Positions 1-12,502 of a stretch of 64,000 bases of DNA are shown in pieces (within the stretch, counting starts at the first letter, position 1; every line of letters begins with the position of its first letter). Both the position numbers and the translations under genes were made by a program. Below the pieces are notes generated by a model. It did no database searches. It was not told where the DNA came from and saw only the letters and a program-made list of their open reading frames with translations. The stretch lies in assembly GCF_035084215.1 (NCBI RefSeq), contig NC_090353.1:29202001-29266000 (forward strand), read 5' to 3'. Origin of the DNA: Heptranchias perlo. Its lineage: Eukaryota.

Positions 1-159
1 TGGGTGATGTACATCGAATGATAGGGTGGAGATCCAGTGTAACAGATCTCGCCCCACTTTTCCAATTGGGCACAGCCAATCTACACCTGTAAAACTGGCA
101 AAATTATTTGGAAAATCAAAGCTATTCAGTCACTGTAAACCAGTGGCACTGATCCTGGT

Positions 160-336
160 GATGTATTTAAGGGGAAGGTAGATAAGTGCATGAGGGAGAA
201 AGGAATAGGAGGATATGCTGATAGGATGAGATGAAGTAGGATGGGAGGAAGTTCATGTGGAGCATAAACATTGGCATAGACCAGTTGGGCCGAATGGCCT
301 GCCTCTGTGCTGTAATTTCTATGTAATTCTATGTAA
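160..336 (+). mobile_element. CR1 3' tail (similar short tails near 20063-20190, 25441-25520, 42620-42812, 50745-50812, 57640-57802, 58400-58570, 61650-61872)
   Basis: ggcatagaccagttgggccgaatggcctg..tctgtgctgtaa..ttctatgtaattctatg tail repeat. Confidence 0.85.
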
Positions 337-2830
337 AATCTTGCCATGGATAACTACCCCGTACTAGTAAATTCTGGTGGGTACAAAGTCTGTGAAATAA
401 AATTGTGCCAGATAGCTGACCTAATTTCAAGTACAACGGGTGACATTTCAATTGAGGTCACATGAGCCCTTTCATTTCTTCTTGGCATTGTTGAGACAGC
501 TAAACCCAAACCACCATAAAGGAAAACCATACAGCTTCCTGAACAGAACAGAGACATGCCACCATAGCCTGTTAATTCCTCACTTAGAGCTTTAACATGC
601 CGTCAGAATTTTCCTCAGATCTGGACTGACTCTGAATCCTCCCTCTCAATGCCGCATTGCATTAGTAATTCAAACAGGCTGCACTACCTCGCCCCACCCT
701 CAATGTAACAGAAGTCTTATTCTATAGCCAAAATAGAAATTAGTGAACTAGTTTAACAAGCTCTTTGTTCAAGTGGTAATAAACAGTCAGCCAAAATCTT
801 TTGTCTGTCAACATTTAATACATAAAAATGAGCAGTTACTTCAGGGCAAACCTTCTCCCACATCTCTAGTAAGTGCACTCCATTATTAGAGACATCATTT
901 GTAAAAGCAGTGGGTGTGACCTTCACATATATGCTGATTTTTACAGTAAGTACTAAGCATCATAAGTGCTTCTCTCTGGTTAAACCCCTGCAAAAATGTT
1001 TTTCATCCAGTTGGACTAATAATTAGGATCGTCACTGGAAGGAGGCAGAACCCAGTGAGATTCTCTTACATTGTGTCCATTTGGTATCATTGATGTCAAC
1101 AAGATGGGTCTTGGATAGAGATTGGTTCTAGTGTGTTTTCTTTCAATCCAGCAGAAAAGTGGAAGTAGTGATAGGGTCATTATATTGATGCTGACAGAGC
1201 ACCGAAACCAAACTGGCCTCCGTGCCCCTAAGTTGAACTGGCTGTGGTTCCCTCTCCTGATCCCTGTACCCTGCTGTAAGTGCACATGTGCGAGTATCAG
1301 TCGAGAGCAGGTTTAGGCCTGAGCATCATACCATCTGGGGTCAAACAAGCCGCTAACCGTCATTGTTGAGGGTCATGAATGAAGAATGGCCACTTGTGTG
1401 AAGTATAGGAGAATGCCTGGCATCTAAGGAGCCAATGCCCCAGCAAGGAGCCAACACCTTTAGAAGCTATAATGAGAGGAGGAAAACTGAGGGAACAAAA
1501 TGTCGGGGAGGGGGGGGGTTGGGTGGTGGAATCGCCCTGCAAACAGACCAACCCCTGTTGATGCCTCTGATATACTAAGTGAACACACAGCAAGGGAACC
1601 CCTTGATCTATGACACTTCCACATAGCTGTTCCTTTGATGTGGATAAGCAGAGCTCCACAAAGGAGCCTATGAAGTTAATTACTACAAATTAGTAAAAAA
1701 GGAATTTACTACTATTTATGTTGTATATGTACAGATAGTTTGTAGTTCTTACGCCTACACCACAGTTCCCCTTTAATTAAGAGCACAAGATTAATATTGG
1801 CTTGTGGAATTAATCCTTTCATCATCGTCAGCATAGCTGTCATTTTTTCCACCACACTAAAGGTCATAACTACCAACTGGTTCAGCAGTTGTTTGGTTTT
1901 GGTGCTCTGTCAGCATCAATGGGCTATTTTCAGTCAGTCTTAAGCAGCTCAAGGGGTCAGCCTAACAGTGCTTATCTATCAGTTGCTCTAGTGCAAACCG
2001 AACCTTCAGGGAACTCACAACAAGCAACCACAATCACCGCTCCTGGTCGGTCAAGGAAGGATCGGCAATGCAAGTGCGAAAAGAGACCGCTGCTATCTGG
2101 ATTCCCCCAATCAATAAAGGTCACTGCTACTGTCCAAGAAGGCTGCCTGCAATCTGGACTCCCCATCCTTCTGATCAAGAAGTATCAACAAGACGCTAAC
2201 AGTCTGAGCTGACCCAAGGCTAGGAACAGCACAATGAATTATTGATTTGGCACTATTGTTTTATTGTACTCGGTTCACCAGGATGGAAGCGAGAAAGGCT
2301 AAGAAGGAAGAAACTTTTATCTCTCTCACCTTTCTATGCCATTAGTCGTGCGCATTAAAACAATGCAAAATCAATAAATCATTAACAAAGTCACGAATGA
2401 TTGGCAATGCTGAGATCAGGATGGACTGATCAGGAGGGATCTGACTTTGCCGGGCTACATTTTAAAGAGTAAAGAAGTTCTGAGTAAATAAATGACTGAA
2501 TGACACACTGAATTTCTAAGTGGTTGAAAGATCCAATACCATTGTGGGTAATACACCCTCTGTCAATACCACTTATAGAATCAATCTGAGTTGGAATTTA
2601 AACGAGGTCCCAAAGGTGAAACCTCAGCAGGCTAACCCACCACCCCAGCCAGGCCCGGCTTTTAACCGTTTAAAGAATGGGGGGGGGGATCATTTTCAGT
2701 TTTGGCAGGGGCGGGAAAATGAAAAAGAAAATCGGGTAAAAAATAAGTAAGACTCTGTCATGACCTCAGGACATCCCAAAGCGCTTTACAGCCATGAAGT
2801 AGTTTTTGAAGTGTAGCCATTGTTGTAATG

Positions 2831-2951
2831 ATGTGGAGATGCCGGTGATGGACTGGGGTGGACACTTCACCTGATGAAGGAGGAAAGCTCCGAAAGCTTG
2901 TGATTTCAAATAAAGCTGTTGGACTATAACCTGGTGTTGTACGACTCCTTA
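2831..2951 (+). mobile_element. Short Penelope-like element (pLTR) fragment nested in a Deu SINE, with 13-bp TSD
   Basis: cattgttgtaatg is duplicated at 2818-2830 and 2952-2964. The insert carries a hammerhead core followed by aaataaa..gttggactataacctggtgttgt, a sequence shared with the insert at 60412-60555. Confidence 0.8.
2867..2903 (+). ncRNA. Minimal type I hammerhead ribozyme motif
   Basis: TCAC-CTGATGA-a-GGAG(gaaag)CTCC-GAAA-gc-TT-GTGA: stem I TCAC/GTGA, CUGANGA box, stem II, GAAA, palindromic AAGCTT in place of stem III, and a UH site. Confidence 0.75.
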
Positions 2952-3789
2952 CATTGTTGTAATGTAAGAATCGTGGCAGCCAATTTGCACACAGCAAGGT
3001 CCCACAAACAGCAATGAGATAATGACCAGATAATTGGTTTTAGTGATGTTGATTGAACTCCCCTGCTCTTCTTCAAAATAGTGTCATGAGATCTTTTACG
3101 TCCACCTGAGAGGGTAAACGGGGCCTCGATTTAACGTGTTGTCTGAAAGACGGCACCTCCGACACTGCAGCACTCCCTCAGTACTGAATTGCAATGTCAG
3201 CCTAGATTATGTGTGGGGTATATAACAGGCAGCCTGTCCAGAACCACCCATTGTCTGCCACTGACAAAGTTGAAAATTTACCCCAATGTGTCTTACGTTT
3301 TATGCACGTTTTATACCTTTTGCAGCATAAACTACAGTAGAACTTCAATTATATGCCAGAAATTCTGCTGGGCCAAGCTTCTGTGAGAGATCTTGTTGCA
3401 CAGCCCACTAACAGCCTCCTTCATTATTTATAATTCATCTTTCCTTTTTGAATAAAACTATATGATGTTTCTTTTGTTATTTTTATTGTACTTGTCTCCA
3501 TTCCTATACCTATGCAAGGGTGAATTTTCCAATTGTGCGTTCCCAGTGCAAACCCTCGCCAGTGGGAATGAATATCTGGAAATCGCATGTGGCCCATGAA
3601 TCTTCAAACATTATGGGCAAGGCTCAGCGCCATTTGAGTATAAAAATTTGGAGTGCCAATTTCCATTATCTTCCCTGGTGTCCTCCATTAGGTTTTACTG
3701 GATGGCGTGCTGTTAGTCTTAGACAGGTCATAACCTCCTCCAGCTCAACATTGGGAACCAGACTGTTCGCAGCCTCGTTATCTTCTTCG

Positions 3790-4440
3790 GGGCTGAGCTG
3801 AACCGCAGATCCAATAGCCTCTCCATCACACAAACTGCCTACTTCCACCTCTGCAACATTGCCTGCCTCAATGCCTCCACTGCTGAAACCCTTATACATG
3901 CCATGGTCGCCTCCGCACTCGATTATTCCAATGCTCTGCCCATTGGCCTTGCATCCTCTGCCTTCCATAAACTCCAACTTGTGCAAACCTCTGCTGCACA
4001 TATCCCATCTTGCACCAAGCCTTGATCACCCATCAACACTGTCCTCCCTGACCTATATTGTCTCCCATCCCTCTAGTGTTTAAATTTAAAATTTGCAACC
4101 TCATATTTAAATGTCTCCTTGGCTTCATCCCACCCTAACTCCACAATCTCCGCCAGCCTTATATCGAGCACTCCGTTCCTGACTTTGGCCTCTAGTGCAA
4201 CCCCCCTCCCCTCACCCCACCACTGCTGGCACAGCCTTCACCCAGCTGGGTCCTACCCTCCCTAAGTCTATGATTGACTATCTTCCATTGAAAGCTTCAA
4301 AACCCATCTCTTCGACCAAGCTTTATGTTAATCTACTAATCTCTCCTTTCTCAGCTCACAGTCCATTTTCCATACACCTCTGTAAATTACGACAGGCGTT
4401 ATCTTTTTCATTGAAGGTGCCACACAGGTGAAGTTGTCGT
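3790..4440 (+). mobile_element. L2 LINE 3' fragment
   Basis: actgcctacttccacctctgcaacattgcc, ctcgattattccaatgctct, ttaaaatt..ctcatatttaaa, aaaacccatctcttcgaccaagc: typical L2 ORF2 end. Confidence 0.8.
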
Positions 4441-7400
4441 ACTATAAGACTCTTCTCCCCAAATCATAAAACATATTACGCATCTTTATTCAAAGAGTAC
4501 CCCTGATTAATGACCTGGGCTTTTGTGCCAGTCTTCAATTCCACATAATGCCATTCACCAGCAGACTTTCAACACGTTATTTTTTCCAGAATAAGTTCAG
4601 TGGATTGAGACACAAAATGAAATCTTCACTTGTTAGCTATTTACTTAGGCCACAGATCTCTGAGCGGCAGCCCACGGGTCAACTTCAAGCTCCCGAGGCT
4701 GCTTGTAGCCCGTGACATTGCTTTTTGGCAGGAAATGGGAGTGTGTGGGTGCAGCTTGTGAACTAGTAACTGCACTTGTGTGAGGCTTAGCAGATCTCAG
4801 GGATTACGTGCTTTCAGGCCTTGAAACACTGTCAAAAATCTCATCTGGCCCCCGGAGGAATGAGAGGTCAAAGACCACCAACTTAGGCAGAAAAAAAAAA
4901 TTGCACTACTAAATTCATCTAATGAAGGGCCTGCCAGAATCTGCTCAATGCAGCTCCTAGCTTAGCTACATCGACTGAGGCTGCCGTGATCATAACCATT
5001 TCTCACTGTCCTGCCTTCACAGCTCAGTGCTGATTACAGAGTCCCACTGAGGATTACATCCAGACAAATGTCATGCTCAACAGACTTAGGCCTTAAATCT
5101 TGACCTGTGTCCCGTTGCTGTGGCAACTGTGTGGGGTCCTGCTGAGGCATTGTTTGTAACTGCTGGTGTAAATCTGCCTGGAGGGAGAAAGAATTTGAGA
5201 CAATAATGTTTACGACTTCAAAATTCTCAGGGCTGCCCCACGCTTTTCAAAATGCAATCCGAGGATCTTTTACCTCCAGTTTGTCTTTACAGCTCTATAA
5301 AATTCACAGAGTACGTGTTATAGCTAGAATGTTGATTCTTCATTTATAATTTGACCCATTCTGGGAAGGAAAATATACCACGGTGTGTTTACATTAGAGA
5401 AAATGAACAGCAACTCGCACTTATATAGTGCCTTTAATGCAGAATGACATCTCAAGAGGCTTCACAGAGGTGTAAGGAAAAACAGACGGTGAGTCAAAGA
5501 AAGAGATATTAGGGGGCCGTGACCATAAACTTCGTCAAAAAGGTGGGTTTTAAGGAGGGTCTTAGAGGAGGAGGAGAGGAATGTGAGGAGGTGGAGTCGT
5601 TTAGGGAGGGAATTCCAAAGCTTGGGGCCTAGGTAAGCTGAAGGTATGGCCGCCAATGGTGGGGCAAATGGGGGGCGGGGTGGGGGGGGAGTGGGGGGGA
5701 GTACAACAGGCTAGAGTCAGAGGAATTGAGAGTTTGAGGGAAGGGGGAAGGGAGATTATCGGGTTGGAGGAGGTTACAGAGATGGGGGGGGGGGGGGTGA
5801 GGACATGAAGGGTTTTAACACAAAGATGAGAATTCTTGTAAATCACTTTTGTCCTGGCTGCCGGCTCTGTAGGTTTTACCTCATTTATACCGCAAGAGGA
5901 GCAAAACAAAAGTGGTTGCTGGAATGGCCCTCATTCCTCCCCAAAGGCTGGAGGAGGTCAGCATAGGAAGGCAATGTGAATATCCTGACTTATGGCCTGA
6001 GGTCTGACCGTCTCCAGCCAGAAGAAACAATTAGCCGGCAACACCTGCCTCTGCTGCTATATCTGCTCTTAGTCCAGTAAGGTGACCACTACACCACTGC
6101 ATTCCTGTTATTTGTGAGGGAGCGGCAATCTTCTAACCGGGGGAACACCATTAGAGCGTTTATCAGGTAGATGACGACTGGCTCGTGTTCCCACCTTGCT
6201 GAGGGAGGGAGAGGGGAAGCGGGCCGCTCTTTCGTCAGTACTGTTCAAACTCCTGCACCACAGGTGTTCTTGTAACAATTTCCAAACACCACTTCACTGG
6301 CAGGAGATTTTGCCACCTCAGCTGGAGAGACTAAAACATGTGCAACTGTCGGGTACGATATGAAATACTTAACAGCTCTGATTCATACAAGTATATGACA
6401 CACTTATCCGCTGCTGCTCCATCTGCCTGCAGCCATCTTTGACAAATCCTGGCTTTCTCTCGGAATAGTATACATTGGTTAAGAGGAATTTCACGCTTGC
6501 ATGCAAAAAAAAGACTGATATCATCGGGCCTCACCTCCAGTGTGTCAAGGCGGTGACTCTTATGGCTGCAGATTGTTACAGATGGAGGGAACCTGCCGTA
6601 CATGAGGTTGCTGCAGCAGATTTCATCAGTGGAAGGGAGGGGCCTGAGCGAGGGGCGGGGGGATGAATTGGTTACTCAGTTCACCGATCTCCAACGGCCG
6701 CACTTTCCGATTGCCGGTGGTGTTACCGTATTATTTTATCATAGGTTTACACGGCCACTGCACCTAAACTAGCAGGTGGTAGCAGAGTCTTCCACTGCCT
6801 TGGTGCCACAGTCTGGAACAACAACAACAACTTGCATCTATATAGCGCCTTTAACATAGTGAAACATCCCATCGAAGAGCCTCCCTGAAGTCCTGGTCCT
6901 CGCCACATCTCTCCCACCTTTAAAAACCTTGTCAAAAAAACCATCATTTTTGACCATGCTTTCAATCACGCCACCTCATCTCTCTCTCCAAGCTTGGTGC
7001 CCACTTCCCTATCTTTCCATTTGTGAAGCGCCCTGGGAAATTTTCACATTAAAGGCACTAAGTTGTTTTAATACCATCTTGACACACCAGGGTGTGTTTG
7101 AGTGGGTGGGTGGGTGGGTGGAAGAAGAGGGACAGTGGAATTACCACTGCTCTTAAATGTGCCCACTAGAAACATCGTAACATAAGAAAAACTCTCAGCA
7201 ATCTAGTCCTTTCAGCTCGTCCCTCTAGCTCTCCAACTCATCTGGCCCAGCGTCCAACTGCATTTTGACTTCCCGTAACTCCACAACAACAACTTTTATA
7301 CGGCGCCTTCAGCATTGTTAAGGCACTTCGCAGAAACGTAATGAGACAAAAATCGTCACCGAGCCACAGAAGGAGATATGAGGAGGGCTGACTAAAAGCT

Positions 7401-9420
7401 TGGCCAAAGAGGTTGGTTTTAAGAAGGGTCTTAAAGAAGGAGAGAGAGATGGAGAGGTGGAGAGGGTCAAGGAGGGAATTCCAGAGCTTAGGGCCTAGGT
7501 GGTTGAAGGCATAACCAGCAATGGAGGGGTTTAAGGAGGTGGTTACTAGTGGAGAAAAGATGCTGGGGTTTATCTTTGCATTCCAGGATGATCCAGAAGT
7601 TGTGAGCAGTTTTGTCAGAGGAGAGCAAGGCCTGATGGTGCATGATGTAGACCTGCCAGATCTAGCAATGGATGACTAACTAAATATCTCCAAGCACCAG
7701 TTTACACTCCAAACCTGGAGCCAGCTTCCATAGGCACCCTGGACCCAGACAGGAAATGTGTGAGATTGTTTACAACATGGAGTGCAACTGACAAGGGCAG
7801 ACGCCCCTGTCTGCAGTCGGTAGCGCTCCTTCAAGCCTCATGCGTGTGTCTTCCTCACACGAACACGAAGCAATGATGTCTTCCTACATGCTTTAAGCAC
7901 AACGGTTTCACCTTCACAACCATTTTCACCTCACCGATTCTTCGAATGCCCTCTAGTGACACAGCTGCCTGTCCCTGCTCTGCACACAGCGGAGAAGCTT
8001 GCTGCTGTGCCTTGATATGTCAACAAGCAAGCATGCATTTATATCACCAGTATAAGTGACACTTAAGTAACCTGATGACTGACAGGATTTATAGGCCCTC
8101 ATGGGGGCCTCCTGGGCATGAGGCCCTGCCCATGAAAAAGTCTGTACACAAGCACCCACTGGGAACAGGTACAGCTGCTACTACTTTTTTTAAAAATGTA
8201 TTTTCTCTCAAGGTGCCAAAAGCTAAACTATCATTACTGATGTGTCAGCTCGGCTTTAGGGTTTGCGGTTTGGCAGGCGCAGGAAAACAGGCCGTGCGTT
8301 GACTTCCAAAACTGTTTGAGCACAACCAGCTCCCGACACACCCCAAAACCCTTAAACAGGCAGAAACATGACAGGTGCGACATTGGCAGCCGGCCGAGGA
8401 ACGGGGAAGGTATTTGATGCTCTTCTAGCAATCGTCACAAGTGTTGTTGAATGCCACCTCCTTGTGAATTACTGCAGCTTTTCCTCTCTCTAACCTGCAC
8501 GCCACTTAGAAGGTTTCCTTTACTTGGATCCCGCACGTATAAATAGACCAAGAAAAAACCCCCCACAGCTGATCCCGGTCAGAGCTGCATAGTGCTATTC
8601 AGCCTTGATAAAGAAGCCCTCCACGCACGCACAAACACCACACTGTTGCACACGTCAGCTCATGTTGCAAGGCTGGTGGTTAACCCAACCGTCGACTTGA
8701 AACCTCGTCTCATGACTAACTCGCCGAGCCACACACTGCGCCCACTAGATTACTATCAGCGGAGTCTTTAGGTGCGTCACAATCACAGCTTTAAAATAAC
8801 AAGCTTTTCAGGAGTTTCTGATAAGATTACAAGCCTTTACCCCAAGCCTGCAGACCTTGCAAGGTGACTACTTTCCCTCCTACGACCCACTTCCTGTTAA
8901 CGGGCGATTAACTTCACTGAATGAATTCCGATCTTTTCTCACTGGGCCCACACATGCCTTCAGGAGGTGCTGCGTTTCACAAAGCAATAATCAGCTACTA
9001 AGTCACGGTAGTTAGTCTGGCTGAACTTTTCTTGTTTGTCCGTGTTTGTAAATTGATTTTAAAACAGATATTCTCTGAGGGCTCCCCCTCCATGGCTCAT
9101 GGTGGCTACCCAATGAGCCACACAGACTATATAGGCCCCAAATTCAATCCCTGGTCAGTGTGGTTTGTTGACGTCAGCTAGGTTGCTGGTACTGGACACA
9201 ATAATTGCCCTCAATGACCCTGGGTTAGGGAGGGAAAAATTACCCAGTGATTCTGCACCTGCTCATTATCCAGCCATTCCTGCATGTATGAGTGTGATGC
9301 CCATTGCAGTTGAATATCCTGCCTCAACTTACTGTCAAGGGTTTTGAATTGATAATGGCTACATGAGTGAGGTGCCGAAGGGCAACCAGCCACAACAAAG
9401 AGCCAGTGCCCTCAGAACAG

Positions 9421-9635
9421 CAGAGGGGGAGGGGGATAGTGGGATTGGGGGGCGGGGGATGGTGGGGCGAGGGGGTTGGGGAGGTGGGGTGATGGAAAGG
9501 GGGATGGGGAGGGAGGGGGATGTGGAGGGAAAAGAGGGAAGGAGAGGGAGGGGGAAGAAGGGTGAAGGGGAGGGGGAAGAAGGGGGAATGGGAAGGGGAG
9601 GGGGAAGTGGGGGTAGGGAAGAGGTGGAGGGAGGG
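9421..9635. repeat. Purine-rich, G-run low-complexity tract
   Basis: More than 20 runs of GGG or longer separated by short A/T spacers. Confidence 0.9.
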
Positions 9636-9774
9636 CATGTAGCTGGGAGGTTTGAAGTGAGAGCCACTCCCAAGCCAATGGAGCTGGCAATCATGAGGTG
9701 CCCGAGATTGGTCTTGGTGCCTCACTTTCTGATTTACTCTCCCTTCCTGACGTTGAATTTTCACTTTTTTTAAC

Positions 9775-10040
9775 TTGTTCTTGGGATGTGAGCAGTGCTG
9801 ACAAGGCCGGCATTTATTGCCCCTCCCTAGCTGCCCTGAGAAGGTGGTGGGCCTTCTCTTTGACCCGTTGCATTCCTTGTGGCGGGGGTGCTCCCACAAG
9901 GAGGGAACTTCAAGGTTTTGACCCAGCAACAACGAAGGAAAGACGATATATGTCCAAGTCAGGATGGTGTGTGACCTGCTGGAGGTGATGGTGCTCCCAC
10001 GATATTGCTGTTCTTGTCCTTCTCAAAGTTAGAGATCGAG
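9775..10040 (-). mobile_element. 3' end of another non-LTR retroelement
   Basis: gggatgtgagc..tgctgacaaggcc.gcatttattgccc.tccct..tgccctgagaaggtggtg resembles a LINE 3' terminus I recall from shark genomes; clade not assigned. Confidence 0.55.
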
Positions 10041-10299
10041 GGGCTGGCTGGTGCTGATGGTGGGCAAGGTGGCAGCTCACATGTGTGCTACGCTGGCCCG
10101 TATCTGACCTCTCTGCCAATGCACTGCCCCACTCATCACACTGAATTTATTACAATTGTTTAAAATGTGTACTCAAAACAAAACTAACGCTGGTGGAAGA
10201 GGCTCGAGGACTGAGAGAAATGCGGGCCTCTCAATAAATATATCTTTCCTTCACAAGGACAAATGTGCAACTTAACTCTCATCCAACTAAATGTAATAA

Positions 10300-10537
10300 C
10301 ATATTCCTGGAGGTTTCATCTCATGGCCTCCAACCACCTTGCCCAGTCAAGCCGCCTTTTTTTTTAACCAGTTATTTTTATAATTAATAACCAAAGTGTT
10401 CAAGGAAAATGAAAAACACACACAATTCTTTCAACGCCCTTATGATTTCTGTCCTGGAGTTGCTCGCAGCAGTGTCCTGCAGATTAATCTTCAATTCCTG
10501 CAGACCCCAGGACAATCCCGGAGGATTGGCAACCCTC
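10300..10537. mobile_element. Partial hAT MITE, same family
   Basis: Internal tattcctggaggtttc..caggacaatcc and the right TIR ttggcaaccct are present; the left TIR is missing. Confidence 0.65.
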
Positions 10538-12477
10538 GTTTCCGCAGGACCTCCGGAAGTGAAGTAGTGCCAGACGGATTGTGTTTGTGAATTTTAGACC
10601 TCATCAGTGTGAGCGATGCCAAGTGCTGCAGCATGGAACCCAGTGCCAGCACCGAGATGTCAAACCTACCATACTTAACACAGGGACAGATGAATTTTAC
10701 TGGAAAACTCAGGGGCCTCTGTACTAAGCACAGCAAGTTGGTCTGTCTGTCAGCATTGAGCACTCCCAGGTCAGGCAGAGCAGAGTAAAGCTCCTTCTAC
10801 AATATGCCTCAGCCCCAATGTCAGAAGAGTGTCCCTTACTGCAACTGCCACAGCAGCATCTTTGAGAATGCCAATCAGTACCCAATCAGGGGCAGTTTCA
10901 TGTTGTGAAAGAAAACAGAAAAGAAAGACTTGCATTTATTTAACACCTTTCACGACCTCAGGACGTCCCAAAGAGCTTTACAGCCAATTAAGTACTTTGG
11001 AAGCATAGTCACTGTTGTAACGTAGGAAACGCGACAGCCAATTTGCGCACAGCAAGATCCCACAAACAGCAATAGGATAATGACCAGATAATCTTTTTTT
11101 TTAAGTGATGTTGGTTGAGGGGTAAATATTGGGCAGGATACTGGGGAGAACCCCCCTGCTTTTCTTCGAAATAGTGCTGTGGGATCTTTTACATCCACCT
11201 CAGGGGGCAGACAGGGGCCTCGGTTTAACATCTCATCTGAAGGACGGCACCTCCGACAGTGCAGCACTCCCTCAGTACTGCACTGGCGTGTGGTGGCTGG
11301 GTTGTGTGATCAAGCCTCTGGAGCGGAACCGAATCATGGAGCTCACTTCATGTCAAACCCATTACATCAACTGATCCCCCAGCGTAAATGTCTGGTGACA
11401 CTGGGTGGTGCTGGCCACCATTTCTTCTGACCCCGGTCAGGCTGAACTCTCAGCCCACCCATGCAGGTCAGGAATGCAATTTTTACCTTCTCACTTAACT
11501 TAATCCTTGCCAGAGCTCAAGTGCTGATTGCAATCTTTTGAACGACTGCATGTGGAGCGGTTTCACTGTCGCACCGGGTGCAATGAACCTGCCTCACACT
11601 GTAAACACGGTGAATTCAGAGCACTGGCACTCGAGCACATGATCTAGGCAGACACTTCAGCGCAGTACTGAGGGAGTGCTGCACTGACGAGGTGACGTCT
11701 CTCAGGTGAGACTCGAAACCAAGGCCCAATCTGACAGCCTCAGGTGGATGTAAAAGATTTGATGGCAGTATTCAAAGAGCAGGGAGTTCTCTAGATATAC
11801 TGGTTAACTGTCTTCCTTCAATCAACAGCACCATAAATAGATTATGCGGCCATTTATCTCATTTGCTGCATGCAAAATGGCTGCCTGACTTGCGTACCAA
11901 ACAGTGACCGCACTTTGAAACAAATTCATTGGCTGGACGGTGCTTTGGGGCATCCTGAAGACACGACGAGGCCCTATGCAAATACAAGCTCTTCTTTCTT
12001 TGCTGCTCTAAAACGGAGCTTTAAGCTGTTTGAGAATTAAGTTTAAAAAGTCAACCTGCAGCCAGTGTGAAGCTGGAGACAGAGGGAAGACAAACCCCTC
12101 GAGGCGGGGCCACCATCGCCTTCCAGAATCCGACTTTGGCCGACTCCACCCCGTGTTTTACAACGCACTGGCGCGCGGCTGTGCGGTGTAACTACTCCGT
12201 GAGCCCTGACAGAATTCTCGCCAAATGTTTACAAGTGCAACAAGCAGCCACTGGTTACAGGCCACCGCTGCCGTGTGCTGATCTCATCTGTCTGAATGCA
12301 TTTTGTTTTCAGCACGGTCTGATATTGATTCTGTCAGATCACCATCAATCTGATACTGTAATAAAACCAGGGAGCTGTGTGGAATTAAACACTGTCACTG
12401 AAATATATATTAGTCTGGGAGCAGATAAGAATAGGGGTCAGCTGGAGCTTTCATGCTCTTGAGAGTTGTCTGGTACC

Positions 12478-12502
12478 CTCCTCCTCCTCCTCCTCCTCCT
12501 CC
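12478..12502. repeat. (CTC)n microsatellite
   Basis: Direct observation. Confidence 0.9.

Larger units (their letters stand above)
2755..3215 (-). mobile_element. Deu-domain SINE (further copies near 10925-11340 -, 11625-12000 +, 14112-14540 -, 17435-17738 +, 29315-29735 +, 38225-38810 +, 54075-54372 -, 55515-55855 +, 57030-57212 -, 61012-61115 +, 62280-62605 -)
   Basis: Shared blocks cagccaatttgcgcacagcaag, gggatcttttacgtccacctgagagg and gcagcactccctcagtactg. Confidence 0.88.

Noticed and set aside
9324-9932. Long Pro-rich and Gly-rich ORFs up to 202 aa
   Set aside because: Artefacts of the G-rich low-complexity tract and the adjacent LINE fragment.
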